From Basidiobolus meristosporus CBS 931.73 (lineage: Eukaryota > Fungi > Basidiobolomycota): a DNA stretch of 64,000 bases. Both the position numbers and the translations under genes were made by a program. Each line of letters begins with the position of its first letter. The first letter of the stretch is position 1. This document shows positions 47,678-59,840 of this stretch, piece by piece. The notes under the pieces were generated by a model that worked only from the letters and a program-made list of their open reading frames with translations, was not told the origin of the DNA and did no database searches. Location: assembly GCA_002104905.1 (NCBI GenBank), contig MCFE01000148.1, forward strand, positions 1-64,000. The letters are read 5' to 3'.

Positions 47678-49595
47678 TCAATACAATGGGAATTCAGAAT
47701 CAACTTCTTTAGTCCATGCCACCAATCCCCCAGCAATATCCTTGACGTTGGTCCAGCCTTTACTCTGGAGCATACGGACGGCTTGTTGAGAGTCGTTACC
47801 ACGTCTACAAACAACATACACTAATGCAATGGATGAGGTAATGAGCCGTGTAAATTCAAAGCAATTTCACTAACCTGGCTTGGTACGGTCGTACTCGTTA
47901 AATCCATCAATCTGGCGTTCGAATTGGCTCCAGGGAATGTCTGCAAAATTCAGCAAGGTGTGAGGTTAGTCAGTGTGAGGGCGTCGGACTTCAGTGCTTA
48001 AGCTTACTTGTCGAGTTGGGTAGCTGGCAAATCTCAAACTGAACCTTCTCTCGGCAATCAAGCAGTAAATGCGAATTATCCTTGGTCATGATTTCGGAAT
48101 ACTCTGTACAGCTGACGCGCTCAGACGAATCTAGAATAGTCAGATCCTGAAGCTTTTGCGCATAATAATTAGATGATATATTGCATTGTTGGTCCCGAGC
48201 GAGAAATCTCCAACCTTATCCAGAGCGCCACTTCCACAAAACTGTACATAATCGATTAGGCTAGTGACAGTTGGCTCATCACCACACACTGCACAATCAT
48301 GCTTCTTGGCTCTGAGTTTGATAGAGCGGAAGGCTGGCGTATGAGCTGCGGAGAATACTAGTAGGTTGGGCTTGTAGTTGGCTAAGGGTATTTCCAGGTG
48401 TTATTCATTGCTGCCCCAACACTACATCAGCTCCTACTCCATACATACCATTCAGACCAGTGATCACCTTGATAGTCTCCAATGCCTCTAAACAGCCAAT
48501 GATTCCTGGCACTAAGGTTATGGCAAAGTATTAATATGGATGATACAGCTAAATCGTGGTTGTTAAAAGCTTACCGACTCCGAGAACCCCACCATCAGCA
48601 CAGTTGGTAACCGACTCTGGAGGAGGGGGAGTTGGGAATAGACAACGATAGCATGGGCCCCCGTTGTAATTATAGATAGTCAACTGCATTTCGATGTAAA
48701 CAGTAAGCGTTTGCATCGAAAACAACATAGCCAATGAGCTGTAAATACCTGTCCGTCCATACGAACTGCACTGCCAGAGACAAGCGGCTTTTTGGCCATG
48801 ACACAGGCATCGTTAATAAGATATCTAGTGGCGACATTATCGGTACAGTCTACTACAACATCATATCTAAACAGATCATCGTTAACGTAAGTAAGACCAT
48901 CAAATCTACCGGAATATTGCCTACTGTTGAATGATTTCTAAAGCGTTGTCGCTATTGAATAGAGTATCGTATATCTGAACATCGCAGAACGAGTTCAATC
49001 TATGGATAAGCTTAGCCACCAGCATATTAAAAAGAGGAAAGTAAATGGGATGTACTTGTTGCAGGAGTATTTAGCGGAGGCAGCTTTGGACATTCCTTCT
49101 CTGCGCTCGTCGTGAATGACCTGGCGATGAAGATTCGTATTATCGACCACGTCGTGGTCGACGATGCCAAGGCGACCTGAAGAAGTATAAGTACGCGTAT
49201 CGTAAATGCATCGCATACACGGGGAAACCTACCAACACCGGCAGCGCAGAGGTACAAAATACAAGGCGAACCCAAACCACCAGCACCAACAACCAATACT
49301 GAGGCATTCTTGAGCTTCTTTTGGCCTGGGAAGTCGAAGGGGGTGCAAAGAGTCAGCTTCGTGTCTTGAACTCTGATAAGCACGAAGAAAGCCTACCCTT
49401 AATGCCAATGTCGGGAAGAATCAGTTGGCGCCCATAACGTTGGATTTCCGCATTGGTCAGTCCCGCGCCTTCTTGGACTTGAGGAGGGATAGATTGAGCA
49501 GTTTCGTTCTGGCTTTTTAACAAGTCCAGCTCTCGCTTCACCTGCTCCAACTCTCTACGCAGTTCAGCATTTTCAAGTCTCAGTTGCTCTTCCAT
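47678..49595 (-). CDS. UBA4: Adenylyltransferase/sulfurtransferase MOCS3/Uba4 (ThiF + rhodanese), multi-exon
   Basis: [90 protein letters not shown], rhodanese CRRGNDSQ...KDIAGGL.AW...D.EFPLY*. Confidence 0.95.
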
Positions 49596-51404
49596 GATTC
49601 AGAAAAAAGGAGCACCAAGGTTTGGCTTTGAGTTAATTTCAGGTATTTATATGGTGAGAATGCCTAGACCATCAAATTCCGATTATCTTGCCATATTGGG
49701 GATTTCCAGAACCACCAGTCGGTGTGTGGTTGGTCGAAACGATTTCCTTCCTGGCGAACATTCAACACAACCCAAGACTTGAGAAATCACCTCACTCCTG
49801 CCAACGGTTATTAGTTCAAAAAAGCCGTCCTCAAAGCCAAGTGCGTTCGAATTGGCAACGTGTGATGCGAAATCTTTCTGGATATGTACGCGATTCCAAT
49901 CTGACCTCCACCGAATTGGGCCCGGTGGCAGCGATCGTGGACTGAACACCCAAAGCCTGGATTGCCCGTGGTGGTGGTTTTGGGAAAACGATTGCCATCA
50001 CAGGCTGATAGATACACTCCGTCATGATTCGTGAGCTTTTTTTGCCACTGGAGCTTCTGAAGTGCATAATTCATATCACGAAGGCATGGCTGGGACCTAA
50101 CGTTGGAGGCTACCAATCATAGTTGTGCTTACCAGCCAGATAGTCTGGGTAAGATGGCGACCAGGCAGAACAGAGATACCCAGCTAGAGGAGCAGTGAAT
50201 GCTTGGAAGCATAGGCGAGAAACACGCCTCCGAGCAGGGCGTCTAATGGCGACAGGGTACACTTGCTGGCTAATTCGCCATTGCCAACGGTCACGATCCA
50301 CTTGGGCAGAGTGCAGAGCTGTGGATAGCTACTCGCAATGAGTGTGGCATTGGAAAGTTTTCCCTTCGAGAGCGGGATCCAACGACGGCGAGGGCCAGAT
50401 GCTTAGTTTTGCTGGATCTGCGGCATCAAGAAGTCATCTGAGTATCTAGTAGCACTAAGGAGGAGTCTGTTTTGGTGTAGAAGCCATATTGGGCGAGGGT
50501 TAAACTGTTTTCCCAAAATGGCTTCATTGGTAGTTGAGCTACATGCGATTCTGCAATATTGCTAAAGTCTATACCAAATCGCGTAGTTGGGCTGGTATCA
50601 ATCAATCTCCAATGCACATTAGCTGCCACGAAGGACGCTCCCGCAGAGGGGTCATGCGGAGATTCCACTAGGATTGGGGTTGAAGCAGGCTCATTTAGAA
50701 AGCACCATCTTGGGTGCAAGGACTGTGTTTTATGAAACCTTACACCAAAAACGATTCCCCTCTGACTTGCCAGGAGTTCTCATGAACTGATCAGCTGGCG
50801 AATGCGCTGCTGATAGATTGGGGGGTAGGATCATGTGTGCATTCCAAGTGAAATTTATTCGGTAAATGATAGTTGTTTCCCCGAGGTTCACCCAGTTTCA
50901 TTGTTTTTGAATGTCTGGCATTCAAGTTTTTATCAAACTTTTGGCCTGCAGTGTTGTATGCAAGTTGACCTTTGGAATTGCTCCCCCGCAAAGAAATGCT
51001 TTGCTCGTACAGGGTGGGTTGTATCTCAAGGGCCTTATCCACTGGCAATCCTCTTCCTATGCACAAAACTAAATGATAGCCTATAGCATAATTGGCATGG
51101 GTAAAGTGCTGTTGATTTAGATCGGGAGAAATTATATTGGATCAGACACTTCGATACATTTGAAAATCACTTGGAAGTATATGGTTAGGTATGCGCAGAT
51201 CAGAATGCAACATAAATTATTACATTGTATGACTCTCTACTAAGCCAAATACAAACTTATGAAGTGGAATAGAAAAACAGGCTTGTTTATGTTGTAAATA
51301 TTGAGCTTACACCTGAACCATTCATATAGCATAATATTCTACCTAGCTTATTGTGTAGTTATGAATTATTTACTAAAGATCAAGTGTGTAAGGTATTGGC
51401 TAAC

Positions 51405-51505
51405 TTTTAGAATTAGCAAAGGTCTTGAGGTCATAAATATTCTCAGACTTGTCCAAAAGCCCCTAGGTCTTGGGCACAGCTTCTTGGGACCTTCCTAAAA
51501 GCATT
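51405..51505 (-). mobile_element. Core fragment of the non-autonomous CCCTA-family element
   Basis: TTGTCCAAAAGCCCC...CTTGGGACCTTCCTAA matches 19460-19500 and 19860-19900. Confidence 0.65.
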
Positions 51506-52169
51506 CTTCTCATTAGTTTTACAAAGCAAAAGAAAGTGAATATCATTCAACTCTTCTAGTTTTCAAATGACTTCTATTACTCCTGATAATTATGCAACAG
51601 GTTATAAGCCCCAAATTTGCTCCCCTTGGTTGCCTACCTTGCCTTAGTAAATGCTGCTGCTAGTCAAGAGAAAGACTGCCTTGCTCATACTACTATAGCA
51701 AAATAAACTATTACAACTGCTACTAGATGGACTATGTTGAGGGGGCATTGCTATGGAGACAAAGACTTTGCCTTTGAGAAGCTCAGAGAAGCCCTTCAGC
51801 TATGTCAGAAGGAGTATATCTGATGAATGCATAGTAAAGAAATATCAATGGTTCACAACCTATGCAAATATTATGCCAAAGGAATCAGTATAATTTCAGC
51901 CAGAAGCAAATTTTGGATTTGCTCACTGCATTGATTCAGTGATCCTGAAATACCTGTCTAAAAGTTTTGAATAGAATAGTAATCAAAGAAGCCAGAGAAG
52001 AGATAACTTCATATAATTGGATAAAAATGCTGTTAGGACACTGTGCCAAAACCTTTGAAAAAAATTGCTCCTCAGATTTCACAAAAACTTAGGCAAAATT
52101 TTTCTTCACAACAATACCTAAGTGGCTTTTGATTGGTTCTCTACCATTTCTCTCACTTTCTTATTTGCA

Positions 52170-54930
52170 CAGTTGCTCTTTTGCAGTAAAGAAAGGTGCA
52201 TCCTGTGGTGGATCTTCTGTCTTCTACATTTTGTCCCCAATCAGCCTCAGAGTATCCCATAAGATCCTGTTCTGAATCCTTGTAGGTGTACCTTTGGCAT
52301 ACATCAGTAATTCCTTTTAACTATCATAAATCTGCCTAACTGCTGCAATGTGATCAGATCTATAGTTCTGATTATGCTGGCTGACAACCACCACAGAATA
52401 TGAGATATATGGACATGTTCCAAGCATAAGTTACATCAGAATACTGACAATAGATTGGTAAGGGAACTGTGGGCTTTCAGATGACATCAAGCTCTTAATT
52501 AGGTTGAGTTTTGACCAAGTTGAGGCTTGTCTCCATCAGGGTAGCCACTGGTATACAGTGTTCCATTAGGTGTTTCTTTGTTATTTCTTGAGTATACTTA
52601 GACTGGCTTAAGGTTATAGTCTGGGTACTTCCATCCATGAGGAGCCTTATCCCTGAGTCCTAACTGAGTTCTCCTAGATTGGACATCTTGAACTCCTTAA
52701 ACAGAATGGATTAGTGTCTTCAAAAATTTCTTGGTTATAGGTGGCTACAATAAGATCACCCACATATAGAGCCAATAGAGCTGGAACTTCTCTATCCAGA
52801 ACATAGCATATACTATAGTCAGTGGTACTTCTTTAGAAACTCAAAGACTCCAAATTAGAATCTATCTTGTAATTCCAGGCTCTTAGCAGTTGTTTAAAAG
52901 TATATAGAGATTCTTAAACCTGATGACCAAATATGGGTTATCTTGGTCAGCAAACCCATCTGGCTGGTCCATGCACATATCCTCATCAGGTTATTCATTT
53001 TAAAAATGCAGTTTTTACATGCATTTGGTGCACAAAAAACTTGTAATTGGCTGCAGTAGCAAATACTAATTTGATGGAATTAAACTTGGCTGCTGGTGCA
53101 AAGGTCTCATTATAGACTGGTACTTTTGTTTGACAGTATCCTTTGACCACAAGTCTTGCTGTGTACTTTTCAATTGTACCATCAGCCTTGTATCTTGTCT
53201 TGAAGTCCCATCTGCATCCTGTTGATTTTAGCTCATTAGTAACTTGACCAAGTCCCAAGTTTGATTTTCCATCAGGGCCTAATACTCCTCAGTCATTGCA
53301 GATCTCCAAAACTTTGTCTCAGAGCTATTTAGGACCTCTTTACCATCTGGGGCTCATCAATATTGACTGAATAGGCATAGGCTAAATTGCTATCCTCATT
53401 TATATGGTAACTTGGACTATTTCTAGTCCAGGTATATCCCCTGGTTTGTAATACTAAAATGATCACTTCTGGGATACACCTGGACACTGATTCAAGCTGA
53501 ATCATGGTTGTGGAGTCCTCTGGAGTGAGAAATCTTTCAATGTTATGCTCTGATTCAATCCTCACTATTAGTGGACTTGAGATCAGATTTTTGCTATCAT
53601 CTGCTGTCTCTTTTGGTAAAATCTTATGTTCTTGTCAAACAGCACATCCCTGGACATGATCAGCTTCTTGGCTTTGATATTGTAGAGCCTTTATGCCTTA
53701 TTCTCATTACAGTAGCCCAAGAATGTACAGCTTACACTTTATGGCTCAAATTTTAACTGATTTCCAAATAGTTTCCTGGCATAAATTGTGCACCAAAATA
53801 TTGTTAGAAGCTCTGTACTTGGTCTGTATTAATACCATGACTCAAATGCAGCAGAAACACAAAGAATTCTACTATAATCCCTGTTTATGAGATATACAGC
53901 TGTGGTAACTGATTCAAGCCAAAACTCATAGAATACTTACAGGTCATCAATCATTGATCTTGCCACATCAGTAAATGCTCTGTTTGCACATTTGACTACT
54001 GCATTTTACTGTAGGAGTATGGTACAGTAAAATCTTGCATTATCCAATGAATTTTGAAGAAGGGGATGAACACCTTGGATGTATATTTTCCACCATTGTC
54101 AGGGCATAATTTATTGATTTTTTCACCAGTTTCTCTCTCCACCAAGTCATTGAACTCCCTGAAGTTAAACAGAACTTCTGCCTTTCTTTTCTTGCATTAC
54201 ATTATATGTATCTTGTATAATCATCAACAAAAGTGATTAAATACTGCATCCTGCCAAAGGATGAATTTTGCATAGGTCACCGCAGTTGTGAGTGAATTAG
54301 ATCTAGTTTGTTCTTAGTTTTGATTAGTCCAGAGCTCTTGAATGGTTGTCTAGCTTGTTTCCCCTGGATGCAGGCTTTGAAGTGCTCCAAACCAGGTGGG
54401 GGACCAATTTTTCTCTGGAAATTAGCTGATCTTTAATCAATTGTGCAAACAGTCCAAGTTGATGTGTCCAGATCTCCTGTACTAAAGCACTGGTGTTTCT
54501 TCATTTAAGTTACTTATATGGCTTCCAGTTGAGATGAATACTAGTCAACTTGTTAAAATTCTGATCTCTGATAACTGAGGCAATATGAGCATCATTTTGA
54601 TCAGTGATACTGTATCCAGAATTGTTAATACTGAAACTGAGCTCTTCTGCTGGGGACTTGCATACAGACAGTAGGCTCCTGGCTATCTCTGGTGTACTGA
54701 GTACTTCTTTACAGGTAATTGTGTGGCTTCCATTCTTTTTTTTGCCTTTGAGGCTTACATATATAGATCCTTCTCCAACTGCATCAAGTGTTTTATTGTC
54801 ACCCATCAAAACCTTCTTAATTGGAATATCTTCATATTTTGTGAAAGCTCCTGTTGGTGTGTGGAGTGCTGAGATGCTCCAGAATCAATACATCAAGTCC
54901 AAGAATCCTTGGTTGCGGTGATATTTAGTC
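52170..54930 (-). mobile_element. Decayed Ty1/copia pol (protease-integrase-RT-RNase H)
   Basis: CIDSGASQH (~54870), CPDNGGKY (~54100), RWDFKTRYKADGTIEKYTARLVVKGY...ETFAPAAKFNSIK (52995-53258), FKMSNLGELS...LSQSKY (~52600-52700), GYSEADWG...DRRSTTG (~52200-52260). Confidence 0.92.
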
Positions 54931-55009
54931 CAGATAGGAGTAGTCTATCTTCTTTAGTTACAGCATTTCCATATGCAGGCTTTTTTAGTATTATCTCTCT
55001 TGTTGAGGC

Positions 55010-55265
55010 AGCAAGTCTTGGAGATATTTGATGTGATTGGGAGAAATAGTATATTATACAGCTTTTACTTGAAAATTTATAAAATGCAAAAGTAGAACTT
55101 ATACTTTTACATGGTCCTAAGACAAAAAAACTGAATCTATTTAGGAAGGTCCCAACCACATTTGTGCAAAGTATGGGGCCATTAGGACAACTTTGAGAAT
55201 TTTCCTGTTGTGAATATCTCACATTTTGATAAAAATATTCCAAGCAAACCCTGACTAACTGATAG
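55010..55265 (+). mobile_element. Partial copy of the non-autonomous CCCTA-family element
   Basis: GGAGATATTTGATGTGATTGGGAG ... TTTAGGAAGGTCCCAA...GTGCAAAGTATGGGG, colinear with 28830-29060. Confidence 0.8.
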
Positions 55266-55289
55266 TCCTGTACTTTGATACTTTACTAA

Positions 55290-55625
55290 TTTACCTAATG
55301 GTACTTTCTTTTCTACCTGCCCTTGCATCATTTTTATATTCCACTGTAGAATTGTCCCTGTTTGTTTGCTTACCATTGCCACAATCCCCATCAATAATGA
55401 CTTGGTTCAATGGGTGGATATCAATCAGTATAAGCTGTTGTAAACCAGCAATGAGACCTTCACAATGCTGGCAGCTTGGGATTATTGACCCACTTCATAA
55501 TCTTAAAACAGAACTGTTATGGAATCTTGCTGATCTTACTGCTAAATGGAAAAATAAACTTGATGGTGTTTTGTTGATCCTTTGTGAGTATTTGCTTGGC
55601 CTTATTGCAGTCCTATTGTGGTGTA
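55290..55625 (-). mobile_element. Extra scrambled fragments of the CACTA element 3' region
   Basis: 55290-55380 resembles 56030-56110 and 60240-60320; 55387-55500 resembles the terminal 55628-55745. Confidence 0.55.
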
Positions 55626-55627
55626 TA

Positions 55628-58600
55628 CCCTATGAAAAATAATTTGGCCTGGCAGGTAGATCCAATCCAGATCAGCTATCAGGACCCCATTTAGAGACCA
55701 TCATAATACCAGCAGCTTGGAGTTAGTGACCCTCTTAACAATCTCTAGACAGGATCACAACAGTGTTTAGCTAATTTTACTACCAAATAAAGGTATAACC
55801 TTAACAGGGCTTAATTGGTGCAGTAGCAATAATTGCATGGCATTGTTGCAGTCCTAGTGCACTCTACAACTACTTTAAATGGATCTAACAGCCAGTTCAT
55901 CAAATTGCCTTATATGGAAAAAACTTGATGGTGCTTTGATGGCATCATTGCAAGTCTCTTATGGCATTATGACAGCAGTATGGTAGCCTATAGTTAGTTC
56001 TGTATAATGCTACCATACCAATTTACCAAATGGTATTTCCTTTTGCTACCTTCCCTTGGGCAATTCATATATTCCATTGTAGAGTCACCCCTCTTTATTT
56101 GCTTACCCACTACTACCTTGGGTATTCCACATATAGTTTGAATCAAAAAAAACTATGGCCTCCTGCTTACTAACCTCTACTATCATGCACACCTGCCGCA
56201 ATTGACATTCTTCTATCACCTCAGCTTTATGGCTTTTCAGTGTGATACTTGCAAAGTTGCCATATACAGTGCACTGCTGGTAGCATTTACATCTTGTAAA
56301 CATAAGCTTGGTTGCTGCCACTTCTGCCATGAATACCTCCTGAATATCTGCAAAGAGCTTGTTAGTACTTAGCCGATATATTCCTTCTCCCTGCTGGATT
56401 TTAGTCCCCATTATTGGTGTGCTCTGGCTCTTGTTTGTGTGAATTCCATATTGAACAGTGTAGAAGTTAGCTTGTGACCAAGAGAAACCTGGCATACTTT
56501 GGTGGCACTTTCCTAATAGAAACCAGTAGCTTGTTGCACCCAACCTAACTTTGCATTACTTAACTGATTACCCACACATTGGGGCTGCTTAGCTTCTTAA
56601 TTCCAAAGATGTAGGTGTCTCAATGTGCACATCTGTCCTCAGTATTTTCCAACTCTTCCACACTGTCCTCTATGTACCAACTTATCACATCCATCATGGA
56701 CTTGAAGGTAATATTCTTGATGAGATTGGGATATTGTAGAACCTGCAACTTGACTTGTCATCCTATCTCCCCATACACCCACTCCATAGGAAACTCCCAA
56801 AAGGTGCCGCAAGGCCCAATATTCTGCACACACCAAGCAAGATGGAGTGGAAAATGGATACAGTGGTGGCAGAAATCTACACATTCAGCTTTTTGTTGGT
56901 TGTATAGCCGCTCAAATCCCTTTACAAGTTTCTTACACAACCACTGTAGATGTATTAAGCTGGCATTAGTGATCTGCTTCTGGATAAATACTCCTACAAT
57001 GTCCACATATGACTCCCAATGCTTCCAATGTACTCTTGGTAGGAATGGCTTCAGAATGCCACTTGAATAAATACATATCCAGTTCATCCAGTCTTTGCAT
57101 TTGTATTGCTGAATATGTGTATTTAATAATGATTGGAGCCTGTAAGAAGTACTTAGGGTAGTGGATACTCTGTAATATCTTGCCAATTCTTTCAAATTTC
57201 TCTGGTATCTCAAAGGGCTCCTTTAGCTTGAAATGCCCCATGTACAACTTGGTCATCAATATAGGGATATTGGATATATGGAGAATAGTCTAAGTGAAAT
57301 AAACTATATATTGGAATTGTGGATGATGCAGATCTACCAGAAAGAAACTACATCATAACTTTGCCAATTATAGAGCAATTACACTCAAATAAGAAGCAGC
57401 AGCTACCTAATGGAAGGAAGTGTAATGGGATCTGGTTAGTATCCAAATGGTTACTCCAATTAAGTAGATGATACTTGTCCAGACATATTATGTGATGAGA
57501 TCAGTGTTCAGACTCAAAGTAATTTGATCTGAAGTGGGTGATAGACTTGTTCCATCATTCCAGCTGATCATAGTGCCCAATAGTGCCATAGCATGCCAGA
57601 TGGTGCCTGATCATGCCACAGAGTGCCAGATGGTGCCATACAGTGCCAATTTGGGATCAAAATTGACATACATATGACCTTAAAATATCAAATTAATAAC
57701 AAAGTATACAGCACTGTCTGGCACTATGATCAATGGTACAATGGTACAAGTCTAATTAGTAATATAGGCTTTAACTTAGCTATTACAGACAGTATGTAAT
57801 CCCTAGCATTTATTGGTGCATATATATTAGTCCAATAGGTTAGATGGTGAGTTGCAGGTTTAACTTCCACTGCATGATACACAACACCACAGCAAGTTCA
57901 GAAGTATATGAAAATACTATGTGAGTAGGAGTATTAATATAATTAGGAGTCCACCTAATTATTAATATACTATAAACTAGCACTTGGTCAAAGCACGTAT
58001 TCTAGCACATAGCAGCCATTTACTTGTGTCCCAATGGGCAGCACATAAAATTCATCCAGCAGTAGATACAGGTAGCAATCCAGGTTGAAAGGGGACTTAT
58101 GCCTAGATGTCATTGAGACTCCATCAGATTTCTGCACTGATACTCTAAGACTGGTGGCAGAGCCAGGCAGACAAGAATTAGTGGCCAGCAGGATTTGCTA
58201 GTAGAGTACCTTTTTAAGGAGAATCCATCATGAGCTAAGGCAAAGGCATGGTTCTATGTGCATTCAAAGTAGCCCTACTTCTTTGTTGTGTGTATTGTTT
58301 GCTATAAACTATATTGGAAATATTTGGATATGATTGATACTGAATGTAGTATTTTATAGCTTCACAATACTGTTTGGACATTTAGTAAATCCCAAGGCCC
58401 CCTTTACCAATCTTAGTAGCAACATACCACCTCTCTAGTCACAATACAGCATCTCCAACCAGTAAACTCATTACTGGGCTCACTTAGCTGCACAGGGTAT
58501 CATTGGCATTTGTTCCTACAAGCATTTGACTTGTTCCATTGTACCATGCCAGGCATGTGGTGCAATCTGTGATTTTTAAGAGCAATTGGGCAGGGTGTTG

Positions 58601-58760
58601 TAGCTACTAGTATGCATAATTGCACTTGGACAACTGTACATTATGTGGGACAATCTTGCATACTTTGTCACAATCTGACATGATGAGGCTGGCACAGACA
58701 GTTGCATCCATTGCAAATGTTTGCATCTTGTGCATGATAGGATACCACAATAATAGTAGG
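55628..58760 (-). mobile_element. CACTA/EnSpm (CMC) transposase relic, copy A, interrupted at ~57270-58000
   Basis: Terminus CCCTATGAAAAAT at 55628. Tnp2-like ALAHDGFSLKR...SCWPLILVCLALPP (~58140-58250) and LDCYLYLLLDE; C-terminal HCIHFPLHLAWCVQNIGPCGTFWEFPME (56758-57213). Right-hand terminus not located. Confidence 0.85.
57570..57649. repeat. Eight-unit 10-bp-period array with invariant TGCC core
   Basis: ATAGTGCCCA ATAGTGCCAT AGCATGCCAG ATGGTGCCTG ATCATGCCAC AGAGTGCCAG ATGGTGCCAT ACAGTGCCAA; inverted units at ~57709-57728. Confidence 0.9.
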
Positions 58761-59840
58761 TAAATTCCAGTATTTAGATATGTCTCTTTAATATAGGTTG
58801 TAGTGAGTGCGCATTACACTATAAGCTATACTGATACTTACTGTTTTAATTATCATCATACCAATTGGATGGAATGTCAGTGGCTGAGTGGTCTAAAAGT
58901 ATCCTGAAGCAGTAGGCCTCAAATGGGCTCATTGCCATAAACACAAGCTACCAGATTTGCCCTATATACTCCATTATGACTATTGAGCAAGTGAATCCCT
59001 GATTTTGGTCACTGGAAAAGGTGTCAGAGCCAGCACACAACCAATTAGGTAGCTGTAATCATATCAAATTGCTGCACAGGTGCTAAAAATGATATATAAG
59101 TATGCAGGGTGTTTTTTTCTCAAGAGTTCTGTCTCAAGTGTGGGACAACCTTGATGTTGACTGTGTCATAGACTATGTGATCATTTGGTGTGCAATGGTT
59201 TCATTGCAATTGCATAAAAGTTGTATAGTATAGATGGTAAAAAATGCTGCCTAATCACCACAATTGCATCATTTGCTCTTAGTTTTTCTCTTACTTGGAT
59301 TAAAACTGAAGCATTTGATGGTGATTCCCTTTGCATACCTAAAATATCTCTGTGTGACTATCTTATTGGCTATTTTGTACTTGTAGTCAATATTTTTCCT
59401 TGTGGCTGATGAATGCACATCAACTTGGGGTATAGTACCTTGGTCAAGGATGTTGGCATAGATTGGACTAACATGTGCTAGTGTGCTTGCATTAAGGGAC
59501 CTAGAGAGGAATCCATCAGGGCATGCTGGTGCAATCTTGAGGCAGTGGCTTGTGGTCTGTATTTGTCCTCTTGAAGTTTGCTTTTGGATATTTCAGAATA
59601 TTCACTTACACTCTGACTGATATTTGTATGTATATGCTCTTGGAAGCCACTCAGCTCAACCTATATATCATGCAGTGCATTAGTTCTTTGAGGCAAAAAT
59701 CATTAAAATACTCCTTGGTTCCAATGCTGAGGCACAAGCAGATGCATCTGGTCTGTACTGTGCCAGTTACACAGGTAATTGTTGGCACACAGCTTCCTCA
59801 TCAAGTCCCCTCAGTCCTAACTCATTCTTAACTTCAATAG

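Noticed and set aside
57930-57980. Hairpin followed by CTAG as a Helitron 3' end
   Set aside because: Stem is AT-rich, the base after CTAG is C rather than T, and no 5' TC end at an A/T target could be placed.
58881-58896. TGGCTGAGTGGTCTAA, tRNA-Leu/Ser D-arm-like
   Set aside because: No B-box or cloverleaf; at best a heavily decayed tRNA/SINE head, not supportable.
59105-59118. CAGGGTGTTTTTTT as a Tc1/mariner terminal repeat
   Set aside because: Not preceded by TA and no inverted partner found in the window.
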